Positions 34,679 through 44,217 are shown, counted from the stretch's first letter. The stretch is DNA of 64,000 bases from an uncultured Alphaproteobacteria bacterium (GCA_902561355.1 CACEPG010000004.1:13133-77132); one strand, 5' to 3'. The notes: generated by a model from the sequence alone, not told the origin. Made by a program: numbers and translations.

Positions 34679-36724
34679 TTATTCGTCTAACCACCACTGA
34701 GTAGCTAAATACGGATAAGTTCTGTAATACTCATAAGAAGTTGTTTTGAATTGTGTAAAGTTTTTCAAAGCATTTCTATGATATGTTGGGAAAGGTGCTT
34801 TTACAGTACCAATTAACAGAGTTTGCTCTGTTAACATAGTTGTAATTTTTTGACCCCACTCATTTGACTCAGCAGTACCTAATTCATATGATTGGAATTT
34901 ATCAATTCCATCACTTAAATCATATACCCACTTAGGAGGTTCTACACCATCAGATCCACCACTATCAATATAAGCTCCCCATAACATTCCTTGTGTATGG
35001 TTAAAGTAATTACCAAAAGGCGCTTTAAATGTTTCAGGATTACCTGCTATAATCGCTAATGGTTGTCCTTTGTCCCATGCATGAACATCAAGAGCATTAG
35101 ATGATTGAGATCCACGATATTCATCTGGAGTTACCTCTTTAAAAGAAGTTTTAACCCCTACATCGTTCCACATACGAGCTACTAATTCAACTTCAACACC
35201 ACCTATACCTTGAGTAGCATAGTCAATGTTCATTGCAAAAGGTGCTCCGTTTGGAAGTTCTCTAAATCCATCTCCATCAACATCTTTTAACCCAACTTCA
35301 TCTAGAAGTGCATTAGCAGTATCTGGATCGTATTGAGTCATATGCATTTTGATTTCATCAGGAACAAAGTCAGGTGCAGGTGAAATACCTACAAACTGCT
35401 CTACCACACCCAAACCGTAGTAAGCTACATCATTGATCTCATTTCTATCAAGTGCAATTGACATTGCTTGACGGAAACGAATGTCACCATAAACTTTACG
35501 TTTTTCCAAATCTGGATGAGTAACGTTAAAGCTAAATAGTGCTGCTCCACAACCTGGATTAATTTGAAGGTTATATCCACCAGCTTCTGCTCCATCTAGT
35601 AATTGAGGTGCAGATTCAAGTTGTACTGATTGTGATTTATAATCAACTTCACCATTAACAAGTTTTAGAAGTCTAATCTCATTTTCATTGATATATCTTT
35701 CATTTTGATAATCAATATATGGTAATTGATTTCCAGCAGTATCAACTTGGTGGAAATATGGATTAGCTGCATACACTCTTCCTTCAGTCGTATCTTCAAT
35801 AGTCATATACGCTTCTAAAGAAGGGTAAGCTGCATATTCTAAACCACCAACTAAATCAGGGTTTCTCAACATAGGAGTAGGAGTATCAGTCCAACCAGAG
35901 TTACCATAATAAGCTGCTAAAGCATCCCATCCATTTTCAAAACCAAGTGCTTGTGCATTAGCATCAGCATTTGAATCTATTTCTGGATGAAACTGTTCTA
36001 AGAAGTGTGCAGGTATAAATGCTTGGTTATAAGACCATGCAAGTGTTGCTAAAAGTCCTGGGAACGGAGATGGTAAGTTAAATCTTACAGTTGTATCATT
36101 AACTACATCTACGGTCATAGGCTCACCACCAACTAGAAGATAAGGATATGGTTTTTCTCTGATGTTTGTATTCATCATCATATCTTCATACCAAAACTCA
36201 ACATCTCTTGCTGTAAACGGCTCACCATTTGACCACTTATGACCTTTTCTCAGAGTAAAAGTCAATTCAGTGAAATCACTATTCCATGAGTAATCTTTTG
36301 CTACGTTTGGAACAATAGTTGATAAGTCATCAGCAAAACGAACTAAGTTTACATGACGAGTTGATAGCATATCAGAAGTACCTGCTTCTGTTGCATTTGA
36401 TAAAAAGTTAATTGTGCCCCCATATGATCCAATTGAATCATAAGGAACAATAACTAGCGGTTCATCAGGTAAACGATCAGCTACTCCTGCTAACCCTTTG
36501 TTACCTTGAATTGTTGCATTAATACTCGCAATATTCGGATTTTCAGAAAAGCTCATAGTACATCCGGCTGCACTTTCAAATTCTGATAATTCATATTGCT
36601 GAGGATATTTTCCACCTGTAAGTCCATCGTTCATAGTTGAACCTGAACATGCTGCATAAGAGTTTACACTCCACAACACAGTAGATGATGAAAATACCAA
36701 TGCTAAAAATAATTTTTTAAACAT
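34679..36724 (-). CDS. ABC transporter periplasmic substrate-binding protein, family 5, large (681 aa); ligand unknown
   Basis: Signal peptide MFKKLFLALVFSSSTVLWSVNSYA, SBP_bac_5-like core (HKWSNGEPFTARDVEFWYED), and a GAGGAG Shine-Dalgarno sequence 8 nt upstream. Confidence 0.85.
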   Translation of the reverse strand: MFKKLFLALVFSSSTVLWSVNSYAACSGSTMNDGLTGGKYPQQYELSEFESAAGCTMSFSENPNIASINATIQGNKGLAGVADRLPDEPLVIVPYDSIGSYGGTINFLSNATEAGTSDMLSTRHVNLVRFADDLSTIVPNVAKDYSWNSDFTELTFTLRKGHKWSNGEPFTARDVEFWYEDMMMNTNIREKPYPYLLVGGEPMTVDVVNDTTVRFNLPSPFPGLLATLAWSYNQAFIPAHFLEQFHPEIDSNADANAQALGFENGWDALAAYYGNSGWTDTPTPMLRNPDLVGGLEYAAYPSLEAYMTIEDTTEGRVYAANPYFHQVDTAGNQLPYIDYQNERYINENEIRLLKLVNGEVDYKSQSVQLESAPQLLDGAEAGGYNLQINPGCGAALFSFNVTHPDLEKRKVYGDIRFRQAMSIALDRNEINDVAYYGLGVVEQFVGISPAPDFVPDEIKMHMTQYDPDTANALLDEVGLKDVDGDGFRELPNGAPFAMNIDYATQGIGGVEVELVARMWNDVGVKTSFKEVTPDEYRGSQSSNALDVHAWDKGQPLAIIAGNPETFKAPFGNYFNHTQGMLWGAYIDSGGSDGVEPPKWVYDLSDGIDKFQSYELGTAESNEWGQKITTMLTEQTLLIGTVKAPFPTYHRNALKNFTQFKTTSYEYYRTYPYLATQWWLDE

Positions 36725-36732
36725 ATTATTTT

Positions 36733-36738
36733 CTCCTC
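36733..36738 (-). promoter_or_regulatory. Shine-Dalgarno sequence (GAGGAG) for the family-5 binding-protein gene
   Basis: The complement of ctcctc lies 8 nt upstream of the ATG at 36724. Confidence 0.6.
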
Positions 36739-36842
36739 TTTAAATTTAAAGTAATTCTAAACTCATGACATGAATAGGCAAAAAACACAAAAATTAAATA
36801 CTAAATTATAGTAATTTTATTGAAAAAAATGTGTATTCATTC

Positions 36843-37751
36843 TTAGAGCCAAACTGGGTTTGTCCAGGCAAAATTCCCAGAATCATCAGCAATACTAACC
36901 CTAAACCACTCCGAAGGATAGTCTGTGAGATCAAATTCAGCGTTTGTAATATTTTTTCCATTCTGACTCATAGATTTGGCTCCTTGGCCAACTAAACACA
37001 CTTGGTTTGAAGGTGAACATTGGATATTTACTTTACTATTATTCATTTCAAACTCAAAAATTTCAATTCCAGTAGTTGAATAATATTGCCCATTTTTTAA
37101 AGCGTTTAAAATAGATATTTCGGATAAATTATCTGCTGCAACCATCACCCATCCACCTCCAAAATCTTGCATTCTAAAATGTGAGTCATCAGTAGCAGTT
37201 AAAAATATTTTATTATTTTCTTGTAATAAATAATCTGCTGTCGCAGTACCAAAACCACGTTGAGCTTCTAAATGGCAAGAATGATTATAAATTTCAACTC
37301 CATGAGCATGACTTACAGAAAGACATTCATCAAACGTTAGAGTGTACCATTCTGGATGAGCAATTGTAACAAACGCACCTGCTTCAATTGCTCTTTGAAC
37401 TAGATGAGGTGCTGTTTCTTTTTCATCAGCACATTTAAAATCTAATGGCAAACCATTTGCAACAATATGCCAAAGACCATCCCTAATATATTTTTTACCC
37501 TTACAATGAAGTTCTGCTGAGGGGATAGTGATAAAATCTTTTTGATTAAGATTTTTTGTTTCTAATACTGTTTCAGCTGCGAATTTACTCCCTTGCCATA
37601 AGTGATCTGAAAGACATGTAAAATCATAACCTATTTCTTTATACTTATTAATTACTTCTTGTGGATTTAAAGCTCCGTCTGAATGATTTGAATGTCCATG
37701 TAAATTACCTCTAAAGTATTGATGTGTATTTTTTGAAGGTAATAAATGCAT
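36843..37751 (-). CDS. PHP-domain metal-dependent phosphoesterase (CehA/McbA-like)
   Basis: 302 aa with the motifs GNLHGHSNHSDG, LSDH, IAHPEW and TDDSH (PHP His/Asp clusters). Confidence 0.75.
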   Translation of the reverse strand: MHLLPSKNTHQYFRGNLHGHSNHSDGALNPQEVINKYKEIGYDFTCLSDHLWQGSKFAAETVLETKNLNQKDFITIPSAELHCKGKKYIRDGLWHIVANGLPLDFKCADEKETAPHLVQRAIEAGAFVTIAHPEWYTLTFDECLSVSHAHGVEIYNHSCHLEAQRGFGTATADYLLQENNKIFLTATDDSHFRMQDFGGGWVMVAADNLSEISILNALKNGQYYSTTGIEIFEFEMNNSKVNIQCSPSNQVCLVGQGAKSMSQNGKNITNAEFDLTDYPSEWFRVSIADDSGNFAWTNPVWL

Positions 37752-37813
37752 AAATATTATTAGAATAAATTTTATTTATTTTTAATTAAAATAAAATCTA
37801 TATAATTTAATGC

Positions 37814-38866
37814 ATGTTAACAACCGTTATCGGGGCTTACCCTAAACCAAATTATTTAAAAATTACTGATTGGTTTAATGCTTCAGGAGGAACTGACACT
37901 CAATTTCCTACTAAATTTTATAATGATGAAATAAAAGAAATGGGAAGTGAAGCTGAAAAATTGTTTCTTCGTGCTACAAAAGAAATAATTCATGATCAGC
38001 AAGAGTGTGGTGTTGATATAATAACAGATGGTGAAGTTCGTAGAGAAAATTATATTCATTATCACTGTAGACATTTAGCAGGTATAGATTTTGATAATCT
38101 TACTGAAAAATTAGCAAGAACAGGAAATTATAAATGTTGGTTGCCAACAATAACAAGTAAAATATCAGCAAAAGATCCTTTTTTAGTAGATGAATGGACG
38201 CATAATCAAAGTCTATCTGATAAACCAATTAAAGTAACTATTCCTGGCCCTATGACAATTACAGATACTATTGCTAACACATATTACAAATCAGATGAAG
38301 AAATGGGTTATGATTTAGCAATTGCTATTAATACAGAAATTAAAAGATTAGTTGATAAAGGATGCAAATTTATCCAAGTTGATGAACCGTTGTTTGCAAG
38401 AAAACCAGAAAATGCCTTAGCCTTTGGAATAAAGAATTTAGAAAAATGTTTTGAAGGAGTTAATCAAAATGATGTAGAAAAAATAACTCATATTTGCTGT
38501 GGTTATCCAGATAAACTTGATGCAATAGATTATCCTAAAGCACCTTTAAATTCTTACAAAAAAATTGCTAAGGCTCTAGATGCATCAACAATTGATAGTG
38601 TATCTATTGAAGATGCTCATCGTAATAATGATTTAACATTGCTTAAAGACTTTGAACATACAAAAATAATTTTTGGAATCATTAAAATTGCTAGTTCTAA
38701 AATTGAAACTGTTGAAGAGGTTGAGGGTAGAATAAAAAATTCTTTAAAATTTATTTCTCAAGAACAATTAATAGTTGCTCCTGATTGTGGTCTTGGACAT
38801 TTAACTAGAGAGCTTGCAATGAAAAAATTAAAAATTATGACTTTAGCTGCAAAAAAATTTAATTAA
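37814..38866 (+). CDS. Short cobalamin-independent methionine synthase-like protein (MetE catalytic C-terminal barrel only)
   Basis: 350 aa. Reads IGAYPKP..., FIQVDEP, and the Zn-ligand contexts HICCGYPD and APDCGLG. Confidence 0.8.
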   Translation: MLTTVIGAYPKPNYLKITDWFNASGGTDTQFPTKFYNDEIKEMGSEAEKLFLRATKEIIHDQQECGVDIITDGEVRRENYIHYHCRHLAGIDFDNLTEKLARTGNYKCWLPTITSKISAKDPFLVDEWTHNQSLSDKPIKVTIPGPMTITDTIANTYYKSDEEMGYDLAIAINTEIKRLVDKGCKFIQVDEPLFARKPENALAFGIKNLEKCFEGVNQNDVEKITHICCGYPDKLDAIDYPKAPLNSYKKIAKALDASTIDSVSIEDAHRNNDLTLLKDFEHTKIIFGIIKIASSKIETVEEVEGRIKNSLKFISQEQLIVAPDCGLGHLTRELAMKKLKIMTLAAKKFN

Positions 38867-38867
38867 T

Positions 38868-39728
38868 TTAAAGACCGTGTGATTGATTATATTGTGATAC
38901 TTTTGGAGATTCCCATTTCTCTAAAACATCTGAATTAGACTTTAATACTGAAACTTTTAATGGATAACATCTGGCTTTATCAGATGAATGCTCACTACTA
39001 CAGTCACCACCTGGACAAGCTGACAATACACCCATTAAATCAAGTTCAGCAAAAAATTCAATAAAGTCTCCTGGTCTTACAGGACTAGCCTTCATAAAAT
39101 ATTGATGAGTATCATAGGTAAAACCTGTACACATAAAAACATTTAAGACATCATGAACTAAACTCTCTGCTTCTTTTTTTTCAAGATCTTTTTCTTTTAC
39201 TAATGCTCTAGTTAAATTTGAATGACAACAAAAATGATATTGATCATTTGAAATTAAATTTTTAGTATACGGATCACATCTAGTTCCAATTACATCATGA
39301 ACAGATCCTCCATCTTGATCAAATCCATACCAATCTAGTGTGTCATATGTAATTGTTACAAGAGGTCTTAAATATGGAAATGAGCTCCACATTTGATCCT
39401 TTGTTGAGAGATGTGTTCCATGCAGTGCTCTTGTTTTACCTGAATAAAATTTTTCCTTATAATTATTGGAATTAAATAAATTAAGATCACCAACTTGCGG
39501 ACCTTCAATACTTTCTATTCTAAAAAAACTACCTGCTTTTACTTCAAAACATTTTGCATCTCTTGGTTTGACAATAATTTCATCAATTTTTTCCAAACTC
39601 TTTCTTGCTAGTTGATAATTTTCCCAATGATCAACTATTATTTTATCACTTGGATAACATATAACAGGTTTAGTTAGCTTTCTATTTTCTCCATCTTCAG
39701 GTTTCTGATGTTGTGAATATTTTTTCAT
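38868..39728 (-). CDS. DUF1989 (urea-carboxylase-associated / carboxyguanidine-deiminase-like) family protein
   Basis: 286 aa. Reads KCFEVKAGSFFRIESIEGPQVGDLNLF, HDVIGTRCDPY, CHSNLTRAL, NVFMCTGF and GDFIEFFAELDLMGVLSACPGGD. Confidence 0.7.
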   Translation of the reverse strand: MKKYSQHQKPEDGENRKLTKPVICYPSDKIIVDHWENYQLARKSLEKIDEIIVKPRDAKCFEVKAGSFFRIESIEGPQVGDLNLFNSNNYKEKFYSGKTRALHGTHLSTKDQMWSSFPYLRPLVTITYDTLDWYGFDQDGGSVHDVIGTRCDPYTKNLISNDQYHFCCHSNLTRALVKEKDLEKKEAESLVHDVLNVFMCTGFTYDTHQYFMKASPVRPGDFIEFFAELDLMGVLSACPGGDCSSEHSSDKARCYPLKVSVLKSNSDVLEKWESPKVSQYNQSHGL

Positions 39729-40705
39729 TATTTATAGGCAATAACACTAATTATCTCAAACATAACAGCTGCGGCTACCATAGATGTAATATTATTTTTT
39801 TGATCTTTGGTAGGCATTAAACATACCACGTCACCTCCAATTACATTTTTATTCTTAACTGATTGAATTAAAGCTTTTGCTTCATCGATTGTAAAACCAG
39901 TAAAACTTGGCTCTATGTTTGCTACAGCAGGAGCTACTGATGCATCAAGTGAATCTAAATCAAAGGTGATATATAAAGGATTGTCTCCAATTTTATCTAA
40001 TAATTCTTTGATAACATCTTCAATACCTCTTTTTTGAAACTCATCCATAGTAACAACATTATATCCAAGATCGTAACTTGGCTGCAACCAGTCCAAAGTA
40101 CGGGGATTACCACGCATACCAATTTGCATACTTGTTCTAGGATCTATAATGCCTTGTTCAACAAGATAAGCCCCCCAATGAGCGGCACTTTTTTTTGCTC
40201 CCATAAAATGATCAAGTTGACTAAAAGTATCTGTGTGAGCATCAATATGAAGGAATGAAATTTTTTTTCCTTGGGTCATCTCTAAATTATTAGACCCTAA
40301 ACCTTGTAAGATACCGCCGGTAATAGAATGATCTCCACCAATCGATACAACAGGTTTATTTTCTCTTGCGATTCTTTTATAAAAATTAGTTATATCCTCT
40401 ATACATTTTTCATTATTATTAGCTTGAGGAAGAGCAACATCACCAAGATCAAAAATCTTTTTCTTTTTCCACGGATTAATATTAAATTCTAAATGAACTC
40501 TTCTTAGTCCTGCTGAAATGTGGCGAACTGCCCTTGGTCCTAAATGCTGATCTCGTTCTGTTGTTCCATTACCCGTGCTATGTGGTACTCCAACCAAAGC
40601 AATATCACAATTTGATAAATCTTTATTATGCTCACAACGAAATAATGTTGGTACACCCCACCAATACATTGTTTCCATCATTAACTCATCATTTGAGTCA
40701 GTCAT
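39728..40705 (-). CDS. Arginase-family ureohydrolase (guanidino-compound hydrolase; second paralogue)
   Basis: 325 aa with the motifs GVPHSTGNGTTERDQHLGPRAVR, GGDHSIT, IDAHTD and TFDLDSLD. Confidence 0.85.
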   Translation of the reverse strand: MTDSNDELMMETMYWWGVPTLFRCEHNKDLSNCDIALVGVPHSTGNGTTERDQHLGPRAVRHISAGLRRVHLEFNINPWKKKKIFDLGDVALPQANNNEKCIEDITNFYKRIARENKPVVSIGGDHSITGGILQGLGSNNLEMTQGKKISFLHIDAHTDTFSQLDHFMGAKKSAAHWGAYLVEQGIIDPRTSMQIGMRGNPRTLDWLQPSYDLGYNVVTMDEFQKRGIEDVIKELLDKIGDNPLYITFDLDSLDASVAPAVANIEPSFTGFTIDEAKALIQSVKNKNVIGGDVVCLMPTKDQKNNITSMVAAAVMFEIISVIAYK

Positions 40706-40715
40706 ATAGATTTGA

Positions 40716-41831
40716 TTAATTAATTGCCTTGCTTGGGTTTACAAACTCTAAACCCAAATCATCAGCTACAGCTTTATAAGTAACATTACCTAGACAAACA
40801 TTTAAGCCTGCTAAAAAATTAGCATCACTTGCTAAAGCATTTTTATATCCTTCTTTTGCCAACTTTAAAACAAAAGGTAAAGTAGCAGCATTTAAAGCTA
40901 GTGTTGAAGTCATTGGAACACCGCCCGGCATATTAGCAACACAGTAATGTACAACATCGTCAATTATATAAGTTGGATTAGCATGTGTAGTTGGTTTACT
41001 TGTCTCAACACACCCTCCTTGATCAATTGCTACATCTACAACAACAGATCCTCTTTTCATTTCTTTAATCATTTCTTTAGAAACTAACTTTGGAGCATTT
41101 GCTCCGGGTATTAACACCCCTCCTATTAATAAATCACATTGAGTAACATATTCTTCAAGTTTTATTTCATCAGATAGAAGCGTCGTAATATTCTCTCCAA
41201 ATTGAGATTTTAACTCATTTAATCTTGCCTCCGATTTATCAACTATAAAAACATTTGCTTGCATTCCTGAAGCAATAATTGCTGCATTCTCTCCGACAAC
41301 TCCTCCACCTAAAATCAAAACTGTTGCAGGATTAACTCCTGGGGCTCCTCCTAGCAAAAGACCTCTTCCGCCTAAAGGCTTTTCTAAAGAACGGGCGCCA
41401 GCTTGTATTGACATTCTCCCAGCAACAGCACTCATTGGGGCTAATAATGGTAAACGGTTATTTTCATCTGTTACTGTCTCATAAGCAATACAAATAGATT
41501 TCGAATTGATTAAACCTTTTGTTAAATCAGGTGCTGCTGAAAGATGAAGATAAGTAAAAAGTATTTGATTTTCTCTTAGCATCGATACTTCTTCATTTAA
41601 TGGTTCTTTAACTTTAACTATCATTTCTGCATCATTAAATACATCGCCAGCACTTGGAGCTATTTTCGCTCCTGTTTTTTCGTAGTCAGAATTTTCAAAT
41701 CCTGCATTAAATCCTGCATTATCTTGGATAATTACTTCATGACCATAATTTACAAGTTCTTGAACACTTGCAGGTGTTAAGCCGACACGTGATTCTTGGG
41801 CTTTAATTTCTGTTGGAACTCCAACTTTCAT
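40716..41831 (-). CDS. ald: Alanine dehydrogenase
   Basis: 371 aa. Reads MKVGVPTEIKAQESRVGLTPASV..., the NAD motif ILGGGVVGENAA, and VDVAIDQGGC. Confidence 0.92.
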   Translation of the reverse strand: MKVGVPTEIKAQESRVGLTPASVQELVNYGHEVIIQDNAGFNAGFENSDYEKTGAKIAPSAGDVFNDAEMIVKVKEPLNEEVSMLRENQILFTYLHLSAAPDLTKGLINSKSICIAYETVTDENNRLPLLAPMSAVAGRMSIQAGARSLEKPLGGRGLLLGGAPGVNPATVLILGGGVVGENAAIIASGMQANVFIVDKSEARLNELKSQFGENITTLLSDEIKLEEYVTQCDLLIGGVLIPGANAPKLVSKEMIKEMKRGSVVVDVAIDQGGCVETSKPTTHANPTYIIDDVVHYCVANMPGGVPMTSTLALNAATLPFVLKLAKEGYKNALASDANFLAGLNVCLGNVTYKAVADDLGLEFVNPSKAIN

Positions 41832-43171
41832 TACCTATCTTTCATATAATTAGAAATACCGGTTCTTAATTTCTCGATAATTTCATCAATATGATTTTTT
41901 TCACAAACAAATGGTGGGGCAACAATTAAACAATCACCAGTTGCTTTTAAACTTAAACCAGCTTCAAATAGTTTTTTGAAACACGCATAACCAGCTTTAC
42001 CTAGACGTTCATCCATTCTAATATCTATTCCACCCATCATTCCATAACCTCTTATGTCACCAATAATATCAAGATCTTTTAAGCTAAATAAACCATCTAA
42101 AAAATATGGTGACATATCTTTAGCACGATCAAATAGTTTTTCTTTTTCAAAAATATCCTGCATTGCAAGTCCAGCTGCCATTGAAACAGGAATAGCTGAA
42201 TAAGTGTAACCATGAAAAAATTCTACTGCTCCAGTTGGTGAAGCATTAACAATAGTGTCATATATTTCTTCACGCGAAGCTACTGCTCCAAGTGGTACTA
42301 CGCCGTTGGTAATCGCTTTTGCCATTGTTATCATGTCTGGTGTTACATCAAATGCTTGAGATGCAAATGGAGCTCCCATCCTACCCCAACCAGTAATTAC
42401 CTCATCAAAAATCAAAACTATTCCATGCTTATCACAAATTTCACGTAATCTTTTCAAATAACCTTTTGGAGGAACAAGTGTGCCTGTAGATCCTGCTACA
42501 GGTTCAACAATGCAAGCTGCAATATTTTCTGCGCCAATATTGCCTGCTATTCTCTCAAGATCATCTGCTAAATCTGCTCCTTCTTCAGGCTCTCCTTTAA
42601 CAAATAAATTTTGTGGTAAATGTGTATGACGTAAGTGGTGAACATTTGGCATTAAAATATTTGAGAATGTTTTTCTATTAGCTATCATTCCTCCAACAGA
42701 AATACCTCCAATATTCATTCCATGATATCCTCTTTCACGACCGACAATATGAGATCTGTGACCTTCTCCTTTTGCTTTAAAATATGCAATTACTGTTTTG
42801 ATTGCAGTTTCAACTGCTGATGAACCACATATTGTAAAGAAAATTCTATTTAAGTCCTCTGGAGTGTGTTTAGATATTCTTCTTGCTAGCTCAAATGAGC
42901 CACTATAACCTTGTTGAAATGGTTGAACATAATCTAGTTCTTCCAATTGTTTAGATACAGCTTCACGAATTTCTGGTCTGGAATGACCTGCAGGGCTACA
43001 AAAAAGACCGGAGCTTGCATCAATTAATTTATTTCCATGATGATCTGTATAATAAACACCTTCAGCTTTTACCATCAATCTAGGACTGTTTTTATAATCT
43101 TTATTTGACGTGAATGGCATCCAATGTTCTTCAAGAGAATTTGGCAAATTGTTTCTTTTTTCTATATCCAT
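41831..43171 (-). CDS. tpa: Class-III omega-aminotransferase, pyruvate-dependent (taurine:pyruvate or beta-alanine:pyruvate aminotransferase type)
   Basis: 446 aa. Reads GSSAVETAIK, IFDEVITGWGRMG, and the PLP-lysine context ITMAKAITNG. 1-nt overlap with ald, and pta lies divergently upstream. Confidence 0.6.
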   Translation of the reverse strand: MDIEKRNNLPNSLEEHWMPFTSNKDYKNSPRLMVKAEGVYYTDHHGNKLIDASSGLFCSPAGHSRPEIREAVSKQLEELDYVQPFQQGYSGSFELARRISKHTPEDLNRIFFTICGSSAVETAIKTVIAYFKAKGEGHRSHIVGRERGYHGMNIGGISVGGMIANRKTFSNILMPNVHHLRHTHLPQNLFVKGEPEEGADLADDLERIAGNIGAENIAACIVEPVAGSTGTLVPPKGYLKRLREICDKHGIVLIFDEVITGWGRMGAPFASQAFDVTPDMITMAKAITNGVVPLGAVASREEIYDTIVNASPTGAVEFFHGYTYSAIPVSMAAGLAMQDIFEKEKLFDRAKDMSPYFLDGLFSLKDLDIIGDIRGYGMMGGIDIRMDERLGKAGYACFKKLFEAGLSLKATGDCLIVAPPFVCEKNHIDEIIEKLRTGISNYMKDR

Positions 43172-43305
43172 AATTATTTTCCTAAAACTGCAAAATTTAT
43201 TAAGCCATATAGGATAGATTGTCTTAATCCAAGCAGAATTCTACTTATATAGTTTAATTTCATAGGAAAAAATAAGAGGCTAGTATAGAAGGTAAAATAT
43301 CTGCT

Positions 43306-44217
43306 ATGCTTAGTAATTTAAAAGCTATTGTGCCTGAAAATTTGATTTCTTTGGCTAAGAAAACTCCAAAAATCCCTGTCGGTATCATAAGTGCGAATCA
43401 CTACCCAGTTATTAAATCAGCTAAAGAAGCTTATGATTTAAATTTAATTAATCCAATTTTTATTGGTAATAAAAAAGAGATTATAGAGGAGGCCAATAAA
43501 CTATCTTGGAATATTAGTGCTCACGAAATTTTAGAAACAAATAGTAACCTTGATTCTGCAACTAAAGGTGCAGAGCTTGCAAGAGATAATAAAATAAAAG
43601 TAATGATTAAAGGCAACCTTCATACAGATATTTTAATGCGCACTTACTTAAAAAAAGAATTTGGTTTGATTGAAGGAAAACGACTGAGTCATATATGGCA
43701 CATGACAACAAATAATGATTCAAAACCACTTTTTATTACAGACGGTGCACTAAACGTTTCTCCACGTATTGATGTAAAAATGCATATTCTGAAAAATGTT
43801 ATTGAATTTGCTAACAAAATTGAAATTCAGAAACCTCGAGTAGCGATTTTATCTGGAACTGAAGATCCAATTGAAAGCATGCCAAGTTCAATTGAAGCTA
43901 AAGAAGTAATGGAGCGTGCTACAAAAGAAAATATAAATGCTTATGTACAAGGTCCTCTTGCTTTGGATAACGCTGTCTCGCCTGAAGCTGCAAAAATTAA
44001 AAAAATTACAAATGACGTGGCTGGAAAAGCTGATATATTATTAGTTCCAAACTTAGAAACTGGAAATGCTTTATCTAAAATTATGGTTTATTTTATGGGA
44101 GCTTGTGCAGCTGGATTCATCGTAGGTGGAAAAGTACCAGTTGTTGTAACTAGTCGAGCTGATAATTCAGCTTCAAGAATTGCATCTATTGCTGCTTCTA
44201 TAATTGCAGCACAATAG
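43306..44217 (+). CDS. pta: Phosphate acetyl/butyryl-transferase family protein (short Pta)
   Basis: 303 aa. Reads MIKGNLHTD, ITDGALN, and LLVPNLETGNALSK, typical of the PTA_PTB family. Confidence 0.8.
   Translation: MLSNLKAIVPENLISLAKKTPKIPVGIISANHYPVIKSAKEAYDLNLINPIFIGNKKEIIEEANKLSWNISAHEILETNSNLDSATKGAELARDNKIKVMIKGNLHTDILMRTYLKKEFGLIEGKRLSHIWHMTTNNDSKPLFITDGALNVSPRIDVKMHILKNVIEFANKIEIQKPRVAILSGTEDPIESMPSSIEAKEVMERATKENINAYVQGPLALDNAVSPEAAKIKKITNDVAGKADILLVPNLETGNALSKIMVYFMGACAAGFIVGGKVPVVVTSRADNSASRIASIAASIIAAQ

Noticed and set aside
37752-37813. Riboswitch (for example SAM-type) upstream of the MetE-like gene.
   Set aside because: The spacer is 62 nt of nearly pure A/T with no G/C-containing helices. 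That is too short and unstructured for any riboswitch class I know.
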